Part shown: positions 8,076 to 17,588 of the stretch, one piece after another | Layout: the number at the start of each line of letters is the position of its first letter | Position numbering within the stretch: position 1 is the first letter of the stretch | From: Sinomicrobium sp. | GTDB taxonomy: Bacteria > Bacteroidota > Bacteroidia > Flavobacteriales > Flavobacteriaceae | Assembly (NCBI GenBank): GCA_029266035.1 | Contig: JAJUFH010000009.1 | Coordinates: 20,777-84,776, forward strand | DNA: 64,000 bases | Reading direction: 5' to 3' | Program-made: the position numbers and the translations under genes | The notes under the pieces: model-generated | The model's database searches: none | What the model was told of the DNA's origin: nothing | The model's input: only the letters and a program-made list of their open reading frames with translations

Positions 8076-10957
8076 TATCGTAAAGCCTCCTTTAATACAG
8101 TTGCCGGATGCAAGGCCTTTCTGCCTGTTCCATCTAATATTTGATGTCGGCAACTGGTACCATTAGCAGCGATAATCGTTTGATCGTCAGCTTTGTTTAC
8201 TGCGGGAAACAAACGTAGTCCGCCCACCTTCATACTCACTTCATAGTGTTCTTCCTCATAACCAAAAGATCCGGCCATTCCGCAACAGCCACTATTTATA
8301 ATGCTAACCGTATAATTTTCGGGTAGATTGAGCATATCGAAAGTCACTTTCTGATTGGACAAAGCCTTTTGGTGACAGTGATTGTGAATCTTTACTCTTT
8401 TTGCTTCATCGGTAAAATCAGCTGCCGTAATTCTGCCTTCTTCTACTTCGGCCGCTATAAATTCTTCCAACAATAAACTGTTTTCAGACAAGTGTTTTGC
8501 CCCCTCTCTATCGGTAGCCAGTTTTAAATACTCATCCCTAAAAGACAGTACAGCTGACGGTTCCAAGCCCACCAAGTGACATTCGGAACCTATGCGATTT
8601 TTGAGGGCGGCTATATTTTTATCTGCCAATACTCTCGCCTGTTTTAAAAATCCCTTAGAGAGAAAACTCCGCCCGCTGTCTCCACTGTACAAACTCACCT
8701 CATACCCCAAACGCTGTAAGAGTTCAAGGGCATCCTCTCCTACATTTCCATCCAGATAAGCCGTAAATTCATCGATAAACAAGACTAGTTTGGCTTTCGG
8801 TTTGTCACTACTTTTAAAGGGCTTAGTCCGAAAGCGATGCAATGTGGGAAAACTGCGTTGAGAGGCCATACCCATTATGTTTTTCAGTATCCCTGAGGTA
8901 AAGTGGTTGCGGTATACAGCATTGGCCAAAATCGGAAAAACAGACATTATTCTGTTGATTCTAATATTATAGGCAAATGCTTTTTCTCGCAATGTGCTGC
9001 CATTGGCTAGATGGTATTGATAAGTGAATTCAGCCTTTAAGATAGCCATATCCACATTGCTCGGACATTCGCTTCCACAGGCTTTACAACTCAAACAAAG
9101 ATCGAGCACTTCTCTCAGTTCGGGCTGGTCAAACCTATTGGTTTTATCCGAATTGGTAAGAAACTCCCTCAGTGCATTTGCTCTCGCTCTTGTAGTGTCT
9201 TTTTCGTCCTTTGTAGCGTGGTAACTCGGACACATAGTTCCCGCAGACTGATGTGTCTTTCGGCAATCCCCACTACCATTGCACTGTTCCACAGCCCTGA
9301 GTACTCCTTCAGTACCCGAAAAATCCATAAAAGTTGATATCTCAGGCTCCTTTCGCTCGGGCACATACCGCAAAGACTCGTCCATTGCAGGCGCATCGAC
9401 AATTTTACCCGGATTAAAAATATGCTCCGGGTCGAAAACTGTCTTGACGCCTCTGAGCAATTGGTAATTAGCATCTCCCAGCATCAAGCGGATAAATTCT
9501 GAACGAACGATACCGTCGCCGTGTTCCCCGCTCAGTGATCCCCTGTATTTTTTTACCAAATGGGCAACATCGGTAGTGATTTGTCGAAACAAGTCTACAT
9601 CTGCAGACGATTTTAGATTGAGTATCGGTCTGAGGTGCAATTCTCCCGCACCTGCATGGGCGTAATACACCGCGCGTTGCCCGAAATTTTTCATCAACTG
9701 TGAGAATTCAGCAATATACGGAGCGAGATCCTCCAAAGCTACAGCAGTGTCTTCTATACAAGCCACGGCCTTGCTGTCTCCTGTAATGTTGCCTAACAGT
9801 CCAAGTCCTGCCTTGCGCAATTCCATAGCCATTCCGATTTCTTCTCCTCGCAAAGCGGGATAGGCATAGGCCTCTGTATCCTTCTCCAACACTTGCAACA
9901 ACAATTCCCGCTTTTTTTCCAGATCTTCCTTTTCATCCGACCTCAGTTCAAGCATCAAAATCGCTTCGGGATCTCCCTCTATAAAAAAGCGGTTTGGCAA
10001 TTGGCTTTTGTTGGTTTTAGTACAGTCCAGAATTACCTTGTCCATCATCTCACAGGTATAGAGATGATGCTGCATCACCGGAGCCACTGCCTGAAGACAA
10101 TCTGAAATACTGTTGAAATGCGCCGCTATCATAACGCTCTTTGCAGGAGGAAGAGGTTCCAAACGCAAACGAACACGGGTAATCAAGGCAAGTGTTCCCT
10201 CACTACCGCAAATCAGTTTGCACATATTAAACTTTTCTCCCCTTTTTGCAAAGGGCTTCATCTCTATAATCCGATCCAAGGCATAGCCATTATTCCTGCG
10301 GTGAATTTCAGGTTTTGGAAAGCTCTCCCTGATTTGCTTTTGTATAGTATCTGAATTTAATTTATTATATAAGTATCTGTATATATTACCCTCTAAACTA
10401 TTTAATTGAAGTTTTTCTTTAAATTCATTTTCATCCAATTCTCCAAAAGTAACTTCCGAACCATCGGAGAGTATCACATCCATTTCCAGTACTTTATCCC
10501 TCGTAACCCCGTATTGTATGGAAGTCGTTCCACTCGAATTATTACCTACCATTCCACCTATCATACACCGATTGGATGTAGAAGTATTGGGTCCGAAAAA
10601 CAATCCATACGATTCCAATACAGCATTGAGTTCATCTCGTATCACTCCCGGTTCTACATCCACCGTTGCATTATCCGGATCTATGTTGAGGATACGAGTA
10701 AAGTGCTTTGATACATCAACGACAATCCCATCGCCCACACATTGCCCTGCCAGAGATGTACCAGCAGTGCGAGGTATCAGTGACAATTTCCTTTCCCGAG
10801 CGTACTGCAGCAGTTTTTTCAAGTCTCCACTGTGCTTCGGGTAGGCCACAGCCTCCGGATATTTTCGGTATACCGAAGCGTCGGTGGCGTAGATCGAACG
10901 GTGGAGCATATCCTCTTTAAATTCTCCCTCCAACACTATATCGGGTAATTTTGTCAT
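8075..10957 (-). CDS. FAD-linked oxidase fused to an Fe-S/CCG-domain protein (YdiJ-like 2-hydroxyacid dehydrogenase)
   Basis: The N-terminal FAD_binding_4-type region carries RTAGTSLAGQCVG, followed by a GlcD-like C-terminal part. Two 4Fe-4S-type cysteine clusters are present (CNGSGDCRK... and CLSCKACGSECP), with a C-terminal CCG-like CCGMAGSFG. The start was trimmed to MTKLPDIVLEGEF. Confidence 0.75.
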   Translation of the reverse strand: MTKLPDIVLEGEFKEDMLHRSIYATDASVYRKYPEAVAYPKHSGDLKKLLQYARERKLSLIPRTAGTSLAGQCVGDGIVVDVSKHFTRILNIDPDNATVDVEPGVIRDELNAVLESYGLFFGPNTSTSNRCMIGGMVGNNSSGTTSIQYGVTRDKVLEMDVILSDGSEVTFGELDENEFKEKLQLNSLEGNIYRYLYNKLNSDTIQKQIRESFPKPEIHRRNNGYALDRIIEMKPFAKRGEKFNMCKLICGSEGTLALITRVRLRLEPLPPAKSVMIAAHFNSISDCLQAVAPVMQHHLYTCEMMDKVILDCTKTNKSQLPNRFFIEGDPEAILMLELRSDEKEDLEKKRELLLQVLEKDTEAYAYPALRGEEIGMAMELRKAGLGLLGNITGDSKAVACIEDTAVALEDLAPYIAEFSQLMKNFGQRAVYYAHAGAGELHLRPILNLKSSADVDLFRQITTDVAHLVKKYRGSLSGEHGDGIVRSEFIRLMLGDANYQLLRGVKTVFDPEHIFNPGKIVDAPAMDESLRYVPERKEPEISTFMDFSGTEGVLRAVEQCNGSGDCRKTHQSAGTMCPSYHATKDEKDTTRARANALREFLTNSDKTNRFDQPELREVLDLCLSCKACGSECPSNVDMAILKAEFTYQYHLANGSTLREKAFAYNIRINRIMSVFPILANAVYRNHFTSGILKNIMGMASQRSFPTLHRFRTKPFKSSDKPKAKLVLFIDEFTAYLDGNVGEDALELLQRLGYEVSLYSGDSGRSFLSKGFLKQARVLADKNIAALKNRIGSECHLVGLEPSAVLSFRDEYLKLATDREGAKHLSENSLLLEEFIAAEVEEGRITAADFTDEAKRVKIHNHCHQKALSNQKVTFDMLNLPENYTVSIINSGCCGMAGSFGYEEEHYEVSMKVGGLRLFPAVNKADDQTIIAANGTSCRHQILDGTGRKALHPATVLKEALR

Positions 10958-11083
10958 AATGGAATACGATTTTTGTAAAAACAGCGTTTTAAGGACGTAC
11001 ACAAAATTAAGAATAAGGAGTTGAATACTTCTTCAAAACCTTTACTTTTACCGCATAATTATTAACATAACAATCCCATACTT

Positions 11084-11560
11084 ATGAAAAAATTCATGCT
11101 ATTTACCACTGTACTTTTCGGTTTCATGGCTAGCTCATTCGCTCAGGAAATTTCTACTAATGCACTCGGACTTCGATTAGGAGACAGCGATGGTTTTGGT
11201 GCTGAAATTTCGTATCAGCGTCACTTGAGTTCCAACAATCGTATAGAGGCAGACTTGGGATGGCGCAACTCTAAGCATGTCGATGCTTTTAAGCTTACAG
11301 CACTCTACCAATGGGTGTGGAATCTGGAGGGTAACTTTAACTGGTATGCCGGTGTAGGTGGCGGATTGGGGAGTTACGATCACAGTAAAGCTGATGTGAG
11401 CGGTACCTTTTTATTTGCTGCAGGAGATATAGGAATTGAATACGATTTTGACATTCCCTTAATACTTTCGTTGGATTTCCGGCCGGAACTCGGTTTTACA
11501 GATGAGTACAGAGATGGCCTTGACCTCGATATAGCATTGGGTATACGATATCAATTTTAA
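11084..11560 (+). CDS. small outer-membrane beta-barrel protein (OMP_b-brl/OmpA-barrel-like)
   Basis: A signal peptide MKKFMLFTTVLFGFMASSFAQ is followed by an alternating amphipathic beta-strand pattern. The C-terminus ends GIRYQF with a terminal Phe. Confidence 0.6.
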   Translation: MKKFMLFTTVLFGFMASSFAQEISTNALGLRLGDSDGFGAEISYQRHLSSNNRIEADLGWRNSKHVDAFKLTALYQWVWNLEGNFNWYAGVGGGLGSYDHSKADVSGTFLFAAGDIGIEYDFDIPLILSLDFRPELGFTDEYRDGLDLDIALGIRYQF

Positions 11561-11575
11561 AGTGAAAATTATAGC

Positions 11576-11613
11576 AAAACTCCTGTCAGTTAACACTTTC
11601 GGGAGTTTTTGTT
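11576..11613 (+). terminator. rho-independent terminator after the OMP gene
   Basis: AAAACTCCTG (11576-11585) pairs with CGGGAGTTTT (11600-11609), including one G-U pair, around a 14 nt loop. A T-rich tail TTTTTGTTT follows. Confidence 0.6.
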
Positions 11614-11688
11614 TATATACGCCGTATTCCTAATTCAGGCATTAGGATTTTAAGGCTTTATTATTAACTTTAGCCAAAATCCTGTTCG

Positions 11689-12828
11689 ATGAATTTCAAA
11701 AAGCTTATTCACTATGGTATTAGGAGCGTCTTCGCAGGTATAATATTGTCCTGCCAGACGAACACCAAAGAAAAAAACGCAGAGAATCAGATCGATACTC
11801 TCGTACCCGATACGATGACTTCTTGTGAGAGCAATCTTCCCAATAGATTCACCGTACAACGTGACACCACCCTAAACATCCCGACAGGAGAGACCTCTCG
11901 TGAGGGTATGGTGTGGATACCCGGAGGCACTTTTACCATGGGAGCCACCGACAACGAAGGCCGAAGGGACGAATACCCCGCTCACCAAGTAAAAGTAGAC
12001 GGATTCTGGATGGATAAAACAGAGGTGACCAATGCCCAGTTTCGCGCTTTTGTAGACGCTACAGGATATATAACCACCGCTGAAAAAGTGCCCGACTGGG
12101 AAGATATGAAGTCGCAATTACCACCGGGTACTCCAAAGCCTCATGACAGTGTTTTTGTGGCGGCATCTCTGGTATTTACCCCGCCCTCTCATCCGGTTCC
12201 TCTAAACAATGCGGCACAATGGTGGAGTTGGGTAAAAGGTGCCAACTGGAAACATCCGGAAGGGGAAGGTAGTAGTATTGAAGGGAAAGACAATTATCCT
12301 GTTGTTCACATTTCGTGGGACGATGCCCGTGCCTATGCTCAATGGGCAGGAAAAAGACTTCCCACCGAAGCTGAATGGGAGTTTGCCTCTCGAGGCGGAT
12401 TAAAAGAAAACAAATATCCCTGGGGTAATGAAGATATAGAAACTGGAAGTCCGAAAGCCAATACCTGGCAGGGCACTTTTCCCAACGAAAACACTGACTG
12501 GGATAAATTTAATCTCGCAGCTCCTGTAGGCAGTTATGAGCCAAATGGGTACGGGCTGTACGATATGGCCGGAAATGTATGGGAATGGTGTTCAGACTGG
12601 TATAGAGACGATTATTACCAAAGCTTGTCAGACACTGTTCACAATCCACAAGGGCCTGATAACAGTTACGACCCTATGGAACCCACTGTGGCAAAAAAAG
12701 TGGTGAGAGGAGGATCATTTTTGTGTAATGCTTCCTATTGCAAGGGATATCGGGTAACTTCTAGAATGAAATCTTCTCCCGATACCGGATTACAACACAC
12801 AGGTTTCCGATGTGTGTCGTCTAAATAA
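11689..12828 (+). CDS. formylglycine-generating enzyme (FGE/SUMF1 family), exported, probable lipoprotein
   Basis: The FGE-sulfatase domain hallmarks are present: MVWIPGGTFTMGA, VDGFWMDKTEVTNAQF, YPVVHISWDDARAYAQWAGKRLPTEAEWEFA, GNVWEWCSDWY, RGGSFLCNASYC and TGFRCV. The N-terminus carries a hydrophobic segment ending ILSC (lipobox-like). Confidence 0.88.
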   Translation: MNFKKLIHYGIRSVFAGIILSCQTNTKEKNAENQIDTLVPDTMTSCESNLPNRFTVQRDTTLNIPTGETSREGMVWIPGGTFTMGATDNEGRRDEYPAHQVKVDGFWMDKTEVTNAQFRAFVDATGYITTAEKVPDWEDMKSQLPPGTPKPHDSVFVAASLVFTPPSHPVPLNNAAQWWSWVKGANWKHPEGEGSSIEGKDNYPVVHISWDDARAYAQWAGKRLPTEAEWEFASRGGLKENKYPWGNEDIETGSPKANTWQGTFPNENTDWDKFNLAAPVGSYEPNGYGLYDMAGNVWEWCSDWYRDDYYQSLSDTVHNPQGPDNSYDPMEPTVAKKVVRGGSFLCNASYCKGYRVTSRMKSSPDTGLQHTGFRCVSSK

Positions 12829-12840
12829 AAATATCAAGCT

Positions 12841-13686
12841 ATGAAAACCATAAAGATTACCGGTGTACCGGAACACTTCAACCTTCCGTGGCACTTTGCC
12901 ATCGAAGAAGGTGCATTCTTGCAGAGAGGCATTGATTTACAGTGGATAGACACCCCTGAAGGAACGGGAAAAATGTGTAAAATGCTACGCGATGGAGAAG
13001 CCGATATTGCCATTATTCTCACCGAAGGTATAGTGCGGGATATCGTTTCCGGCAATCCCTCGCGCATCGTTCAAACCTATGTAGGTTCTCCTCTGATATG
13101 GGGAATACACGTTGCGGAAGCTTCGCCTTTCCAAACTGTTGAAGACCTTAAAGATAAAAAGGTAGCCATAAGCCGCTACGGCTCGGGCTCCCACCTAATG
13201 GCCTTTGTGAATGCCAAAAAAATGGGTTGGGACACTTCTACACTCAATTTTGAAATTGTCAATACCATTGATGGAGCCGTCCAAGCGCTCACTGAAGGAA
13301 GAGCAGACTACTTTATGTGGGAGGGCTTTATGACCAAACCTCTGGTAGACCAAGGGATATTCAGACGAGTGGGCGACTGCCCTACCCCTTGGCCTTGCTT
13401 TGTAATTGCCGCAAGGGAAGAAATACTACAAAAAGAAGCCTCTCTTGTAAAACACATCCTCGAAGTCATCAATATTTATACAGACGATTTCAAACAAATC
13501 CCGAGTATAGACCGAACTCTGGCAAACCGCTTTGATCAACGACCTGAAGACATACGGCAATGGCTTTCCCTTACAAAGTGGAGCCAGTCTGTGCCTGGAG
13601 TAGAAATATTAGACGCCGTTCAGGACGAACTGTTAAGTCTCAAACTAATCGAAGAGAAAAAAGCATACGACCAACTAGTCAAATAG
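12841..13686 (+). CDS. cytoplasmic periplasmic-binding-protein-fold protein (NMT1/THI5/SsuA-like), function unknown
   Basis: The protein is 281 aa with no signal peptide. Its general resemblance to type-2 SBP folds is recognised only loosely. Confidence 0.35.
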   Translation: MKTIKITGVPEHFNLPWHFAIEEGAFLQRGIDLQWIDTPEGTGKMCKMLRDGEADIAIILTEGIVRDIVSGNPSRIVQTYVGSPLIWGIHVAEASPFQTVEDLKDKKVAISRYGSGSHLMAFVNAKKMGWDTSTLNFEIVNTIDGAVQALTEGRADYFMWEGFMTKPLVDQGIFRRVGDCPTPWPCFVIAAREEILQKEASLVKHILEVINIYTDDFKQIPSIDRTLANRFDQRPEDIRQWLSLTKWSQSVPGVEILDAVQDELLSLKLIEEKKAYDQLVK

Positions 13687-13733
13687 GTTGAACAATATAG
13701 TAAAGACCGTTTTAAGGCATTGACACATTGAGA

Positions 13734-14399
13734 TCACCATTTAACAGGAGTCTTGCCCTGTTTTCTCAAATAAGTATCAGCCTTGCTGAAATGCTTATTC
13801 CCAAACCACAAGCCTCTGTTGGCACTCAGGGGTGAAGGATGTCCTGTTTCCAGCACCAAGTGTTTGGAGCGGTCTATACTATTTCCTTTCTTGCGAGCAT
13901 ATCCTCCCCACAGCATAAAAACCACTCCTTCCTTTTTGTCAGATATTTTTTTAATCACTTCGTCGGTAAAGGTTTCCCATCCCTTGTTCTGATGGCTCCC
14001 CGCCTCACGCGCCCTTACGGTAAGGGTAGCATTGAGCAAAAGCACCCCTTGGTTTGCCCAGCGTTCTAAGTTACCACTTGCGGGATAAGGTATTCCGAGA
14101 TCGGATTCAATTTCTTTAAAGATGTTGACAAGAGAGGGTGGGTGTGCCATACCTTCATTTACCGAAAAGCAGAGCCCGTGAGCCTGCCCCGGACCGTGAT
14201 AAGGGTCTTGCCCGATGATTACCACTTTTACATCTTCAAAATTACAATATTCAAATGCTGCAAAAATCTGAGATCCCTTCGGATAACATGTAAACGAATT
14301 GTATTCCTGCTTCACAAATTTTACTAGCTTTTCAAAATAAGGCTTTTCAAATTCCGACTCTAGCAGATCTTTCCAGCTCTTGTCAATATTTACATTCAT
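13734..14399 (-). CDS. ung: uracil-DNA glycosylase (family 1)
   Basis: The catalytic water-activating loop GQDPYHGPGQAHGLCFSV and the C-terminal HPSPLSA leucine-loop motif are both present. The length is 221 aa. Confidence 0.93.
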   Translation of the reverse strand: MNVNIDKSWKDLLESEFEKPYFEKLVKFVKQEYNSFTCYPKGSQIFAAFEYCNFEDVKVVIIGQDPYHGPGQAHGLCFSVNEGMAHPPSLVNIFKEIESDLGIPYPASGNLERWANQGVLLLNATLTVRAREAGSHQNKGWETFTDEVIKKISDKKEGVVFMLWGGYARKKGNSIDRSKHLVLETGHPSPLSANRGLWFGNKHFSKADTYLRKQGKTPVKW

Positions 14400-14518
14400 G
14401 ACTTACAATTTACAACAGCCAAAAATAATCAGAATAAAAAACACTTCCACTACCATTGTTAGGTTATTCATATAACCCCGCTTAAAAAAAATAAGTGAAG
14501 GCGCAATTTTACCAACCA

Positions 14519-15763
14519 TCAGTTGGCACCAGACTTCACACTCACTACAAGAGGAGCTGCAATTACCTCGGCTTGTCGTTTTAGCATGGCATCCCACTCT
14601 TCTACTGAAGATACCTGTCCGCTTTTCTCCCAGGCAAATCCGGCGTAGAAAGTAGCCTCGTCACCTGGTTTTGTAAGGACGATAAGATTGCTTTGATCTG
14701 GCACTTCACTCTGTCGGGCAAAAGCAGAATCTATAATCGTAGGAGCCATCACTATTCCCTCTCCTACTTTAGTACTGTCTATAGTTTCCCAATACCGGAA
14801 CCAGCCCTCCTCTGTGTTGATTTTGTGTTCGCCCTCATTTTTGTGCAAAGTGATGCCTACCGCGTAATTCGGGATATCTTTTGTCGCATACAAACTGATG
14901 TCGAACTTGGAAAAATTAGAACCGAGGTCGAGAGTAACCTTTTTGGTCTCTTCTACACCGTAATCACTCCACGGTTCATATTTCAATTCAAATACCGTGC
15001 GCAGTGGTCCAGCGGCAATGGTATTGTAGGAAACATAATTTTCAGACACATAGAGGCTGTCGTTTTCCCATATTCCGGTTCCTCCGGTTCCCCTGCTATC
15101 GCCTACGTGATAGGGGTCATAGCCCTCACCGTGGTCTATGTGGTAATATCCCGGAGTTTTTACGTGTTCGCCATACCATTTGTCAATCACCGATTTGTCT
15201 GTTCGTTTCAGCCAAATATCTACCCCGCTAGACAAGGTACTTCCGGCTACTCCCGCCAGGGCTTCCCGCTGTCCTGTAGGTCCGTAAACCCTGAAAGCAA
15301 CCTTGTCGTTTTCCCAAGTATAGTCGTCTGTGCGCTCTGGAACAAACCTCGAATAGGCAATCACATCGCTTTCCGGTTCTGGATTTACACTATCTACTAC
15401 AGCGGTGTATTTTGCAGTTCCAGAAGCCGGAACATCGGCCTGAAACAACCATTCGTCGGCAATGCCGTCTTGATTGTAATCGATCCATTGTGTACGGATA
15501 TTGGCTTCTTCTCCATCTTTTCTCAACCGAAGATGTTTTTTATCTGTTCCGTCAAACACAGAGAGTTCCGATACGGGGATGGCGACTACTTCTGTCCTTT
15601 TAAAATCGAGCTGATTAGCAACTTCTACCGAAAGCTCTGGGGCTTTCTCAACAGTATTACAGGAAAATAAAAGTGCAGAAACAGCAACAGCCAGACCACA
15701 ACTTTTAAGTACATCCTTAATACAGGTGGTATTGTTCTTTTTTTTCATAGGTTTAGTTTTCAT
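14519..15763 (-). CDS. exported protein of unknown function (resembles DUF4861, often found near kduI/kduD)
   Basis: The N-terminus has a signal peptide plus a lipobox-like LLFSC. It is the last gene of the co-directional uronate-catabolism array. The family name is from memory and unverified. Confidence 0.45.
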   Translation of the reverse strand: MKTKPMKKKNNTTCIKDVLKSCGLAVAVSALLFSCNTVEKAPELSVEVANQLDFKRTEVVAIPVSELSVFDGTDKKHLRLRKDGEEANIRTQWIDYNQDGIADEWLFQADVPASGTAKYTAVVDSVNPEPESDVIAYSRFVPERTDDYTWENDKVAFRVYGPTGQREALAGVAGSTLSSGVDIWLKRTDKSVIDKWYGEHVKTPGYYHIDHGEGYDPYHVGDSRGTGGTGIWENDSLYVSENYVSYNTIAAGPLRTVFELKYEPWSDYGVEETKKVTLDLGSNFSKFDISLYATKDIPNYAVGITLHKNEGEHKINTEEGWFRYWETIDSTKVGEGIVMAPTIIDSAFARQSEVPDQSNLIVLTKPGDEATFYAGFAWEKSGQVSSVEEWDAMLKRQAEVIAAPLVVSVKSGAN

Positions 15764-15825
15764 GATTATAGGTTTAAACTTTAAAAAGAGAGTTACTTTT
15801 TAATTTGCCGTGCCTTCGATATGTA

Positions 15826-17115
15826 TCACTCAAAAAGTCCCGGCAACCACAAACTGATAGCGGGAATAAAAGTCACCGCCAACAATACTAAGGCCATTAC
15901 CAAATAAAGCGGTAAAAGCGGTCTCATCACCTTTTGTATCGAGGTTTTGGCCACTCCCACTCCGATAAATAAAACCGAGCCTACGGGAGGAGTACACAAT
16001 CCTACACAAAGGTTCATCAACATAATAACTCCAAAATGTACTGGGTCTACTCCAAGATTTTTCAGTACGGGCAAAAAAATTGGTGTAAATATCAGTACAG
16101 CCGGGGTGATATCCATAAAAGTTCCCACCACGAGCAACAGCAAATTGATAATTAAAAGAATGACGTATTTATTGTCGCTAAGTCCGAGGAGTACGTCTGT
16201 AACAGATTGTGGAATATTTTCATACGACATCACCCACGACATACTCATAGAAGTTGCTATAAGCAGAGCTACAATAGCGGTGGTACTAACCGAGCTAAGA
16301 AATACGTCAAACAGTCGTTTCAAATCCATTTCGCGATAAATCATCGCCAATATCAGAGTGTAAAGCACTGCTACTCCCGAGGCTTCTGTAGCGGTAAAAG
16401 CTCCGGAGACTATCCCTCCGATGACTACGACAAGGAGAAGCAAGCTAGGCAGCGCATCGAGAAAAGTTCCGGCTATGGTGCGGATATTACTGCGTTCACC
16501 TGCAGGATATTTTTTCTTGCGTATCCAATAAGTCGCTGCGAGCATCAAGGCCAACCCCATAAGAATACCAGGAAGATAGCCCGCGAGGAACAGCGCAGCT
16601 ATAGAAACCCCGCCACTGGCCAAGGAGTAGACGATAAAAACATTGGAAGGTGGTATAATCACTCCGGTAGTAGATGCAGTTATATTGATAGCAGCTCCAA
16701 ACTCTTTAGAATAACCTTCCTTTTCCATTCTCGGAGCCATTATCCCACCTATGGCCGAGGCAGCTGCAACTGCCGAGCCCGAAATGGCACCAAACAACAT
16801 AGCCGCAATGACATTCACATATATAAGTCCACCAGGGAGTGCCCCTATTAGTGATTTGGCAAAGTTGATAAGCCTGCGAGCTATTCCTCCCTGATTCATA
16901 ATCTGCCCTGCGAGAATAAAAAACGGAATGGCAAGCAACGAAAAGCTATCCAATCCGGTAGCCATACGCTGAGCTACTGTAGTAAGTGCAGGAATAGAAT
17001 CAATGGTGAGTAACATAGTACATACACAGGAAATTCCGATAGACCAGGCTACGGGAACCCCTATGCCGAGGAGTACTGTAAAAGTTATAACTAATACGAG
17101 AATCTCAGATATCAT
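15826..17115 (-). CDS. dctM: TRAP transporter large permease subunit
   Basis: This 429 aa polytopic membrane protein has a typical DctM composition. It overlaps the small subunit gene by 4 nt. Confidence 0.85.
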   Translation of the reverse strand: MISEILVLVITFTVLLGIGVPVAWSIGISCVCTMLLTIDSIPALTTVAQRMATGLDSFSLLAIPFFILAGQIMNQGGIARRLINFAKSLIGALPGGLIYVNVIAAMLFGAISGSAVAAASAIGGIMAPRMEKEGYSKEFGAAINITASTTGVIIPPSNVFIVYSLASGGVSIAALFLAGYLPGILMGLALMLAATYWIRKKKYPAGERSNIRTIAGTFLDALPSLLLLVVVIGGIVSGAFTATEASGVAVLYTLILAMIYREMDLKRLFDVFLSSVSTTAIVALLIATSMSMSWVMSYENIPQSVTDVLLGLSDNKYVILLIINLLLLVVGTFMDITPAVLIFTPIFLPVLKNLGVDPVHFGVIMLMNLCVGLCTPPVGSVLFIGVGVAKTSIQKVMRPLLPLYLVMALVLLAVTFIPAISLWLPGLFE

Positions 17116-17579
17116 GACAGCTCTTCTTTTGCGTTAAACAATTCATCTATCTTATAAGTTATTATCAACAAGCCGCTGATCGGAACAACCGTATACACCA
17201 GATAAAGTGGTATGTGTAAGGCAGAGGAATGCTGCCCCAACTCGTAATTGACGTACACTAAATTCGCTCCTCCAATAAGGAGGACAAAAAAGGCAAAGAA
17301 TACGATGAGCAGGTTGATAAATATGTTTAGCCTTATTTGTTTCGACTTGTTTAATCTAGAGCTCAACAGATCTATGGCCAAGTGTTCTCGTTGTCCCGAA
17401 GCATAAGCCGCCCCGAGTACACCGAGCCAGATAAGCAGATAACGCGACAACTCTTCGGTAAATGCACTCGGAGATTGCGCTATGTAACGCGAAGCCACCT
17501 GCCACAATACAGACAGTACCATTAGTGCCATGAGTATCACGAGAAAACTCCCCAACAATTTGTTTAGAATTCGTTTCAT
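17112..17579 (-). CDS. dctQ: TRAP transporter small permease subunit
   Basis: The protein is 155 aa with 4 predicted TM helices. It sits between DctP-like and DctM-like genes. Confidence 0.8.
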   Translation of the reverse strand: MKRILNKLLGSFLVILMALMVLSVLWQVASRYIAQSPSAFTEELSRYLLIWLGVLGAAYASGQREHLAIDLLSSRLNKSKQIRLNIFINLLIVFFAFFVLLIGGANLVYVNYELGQHSSALHIPLYLVYTVVPISGLLIITYKIDELFNAKEELS

Positions 17580-17588
17580 ACCGGTATA

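Noticed and set aside
14693-15670. A 325 aa ORF on the plus strand, antisense to the DUF4861-like gene
   Set aside because: It overlaps a better-supported minus-strand gene that has a signal peptide and operon context. Its translation is low-complexity, Ile/Phe/Arg-rich and without motifs. Long antisense ORFs of this kind are typical codon-bias artefacts.
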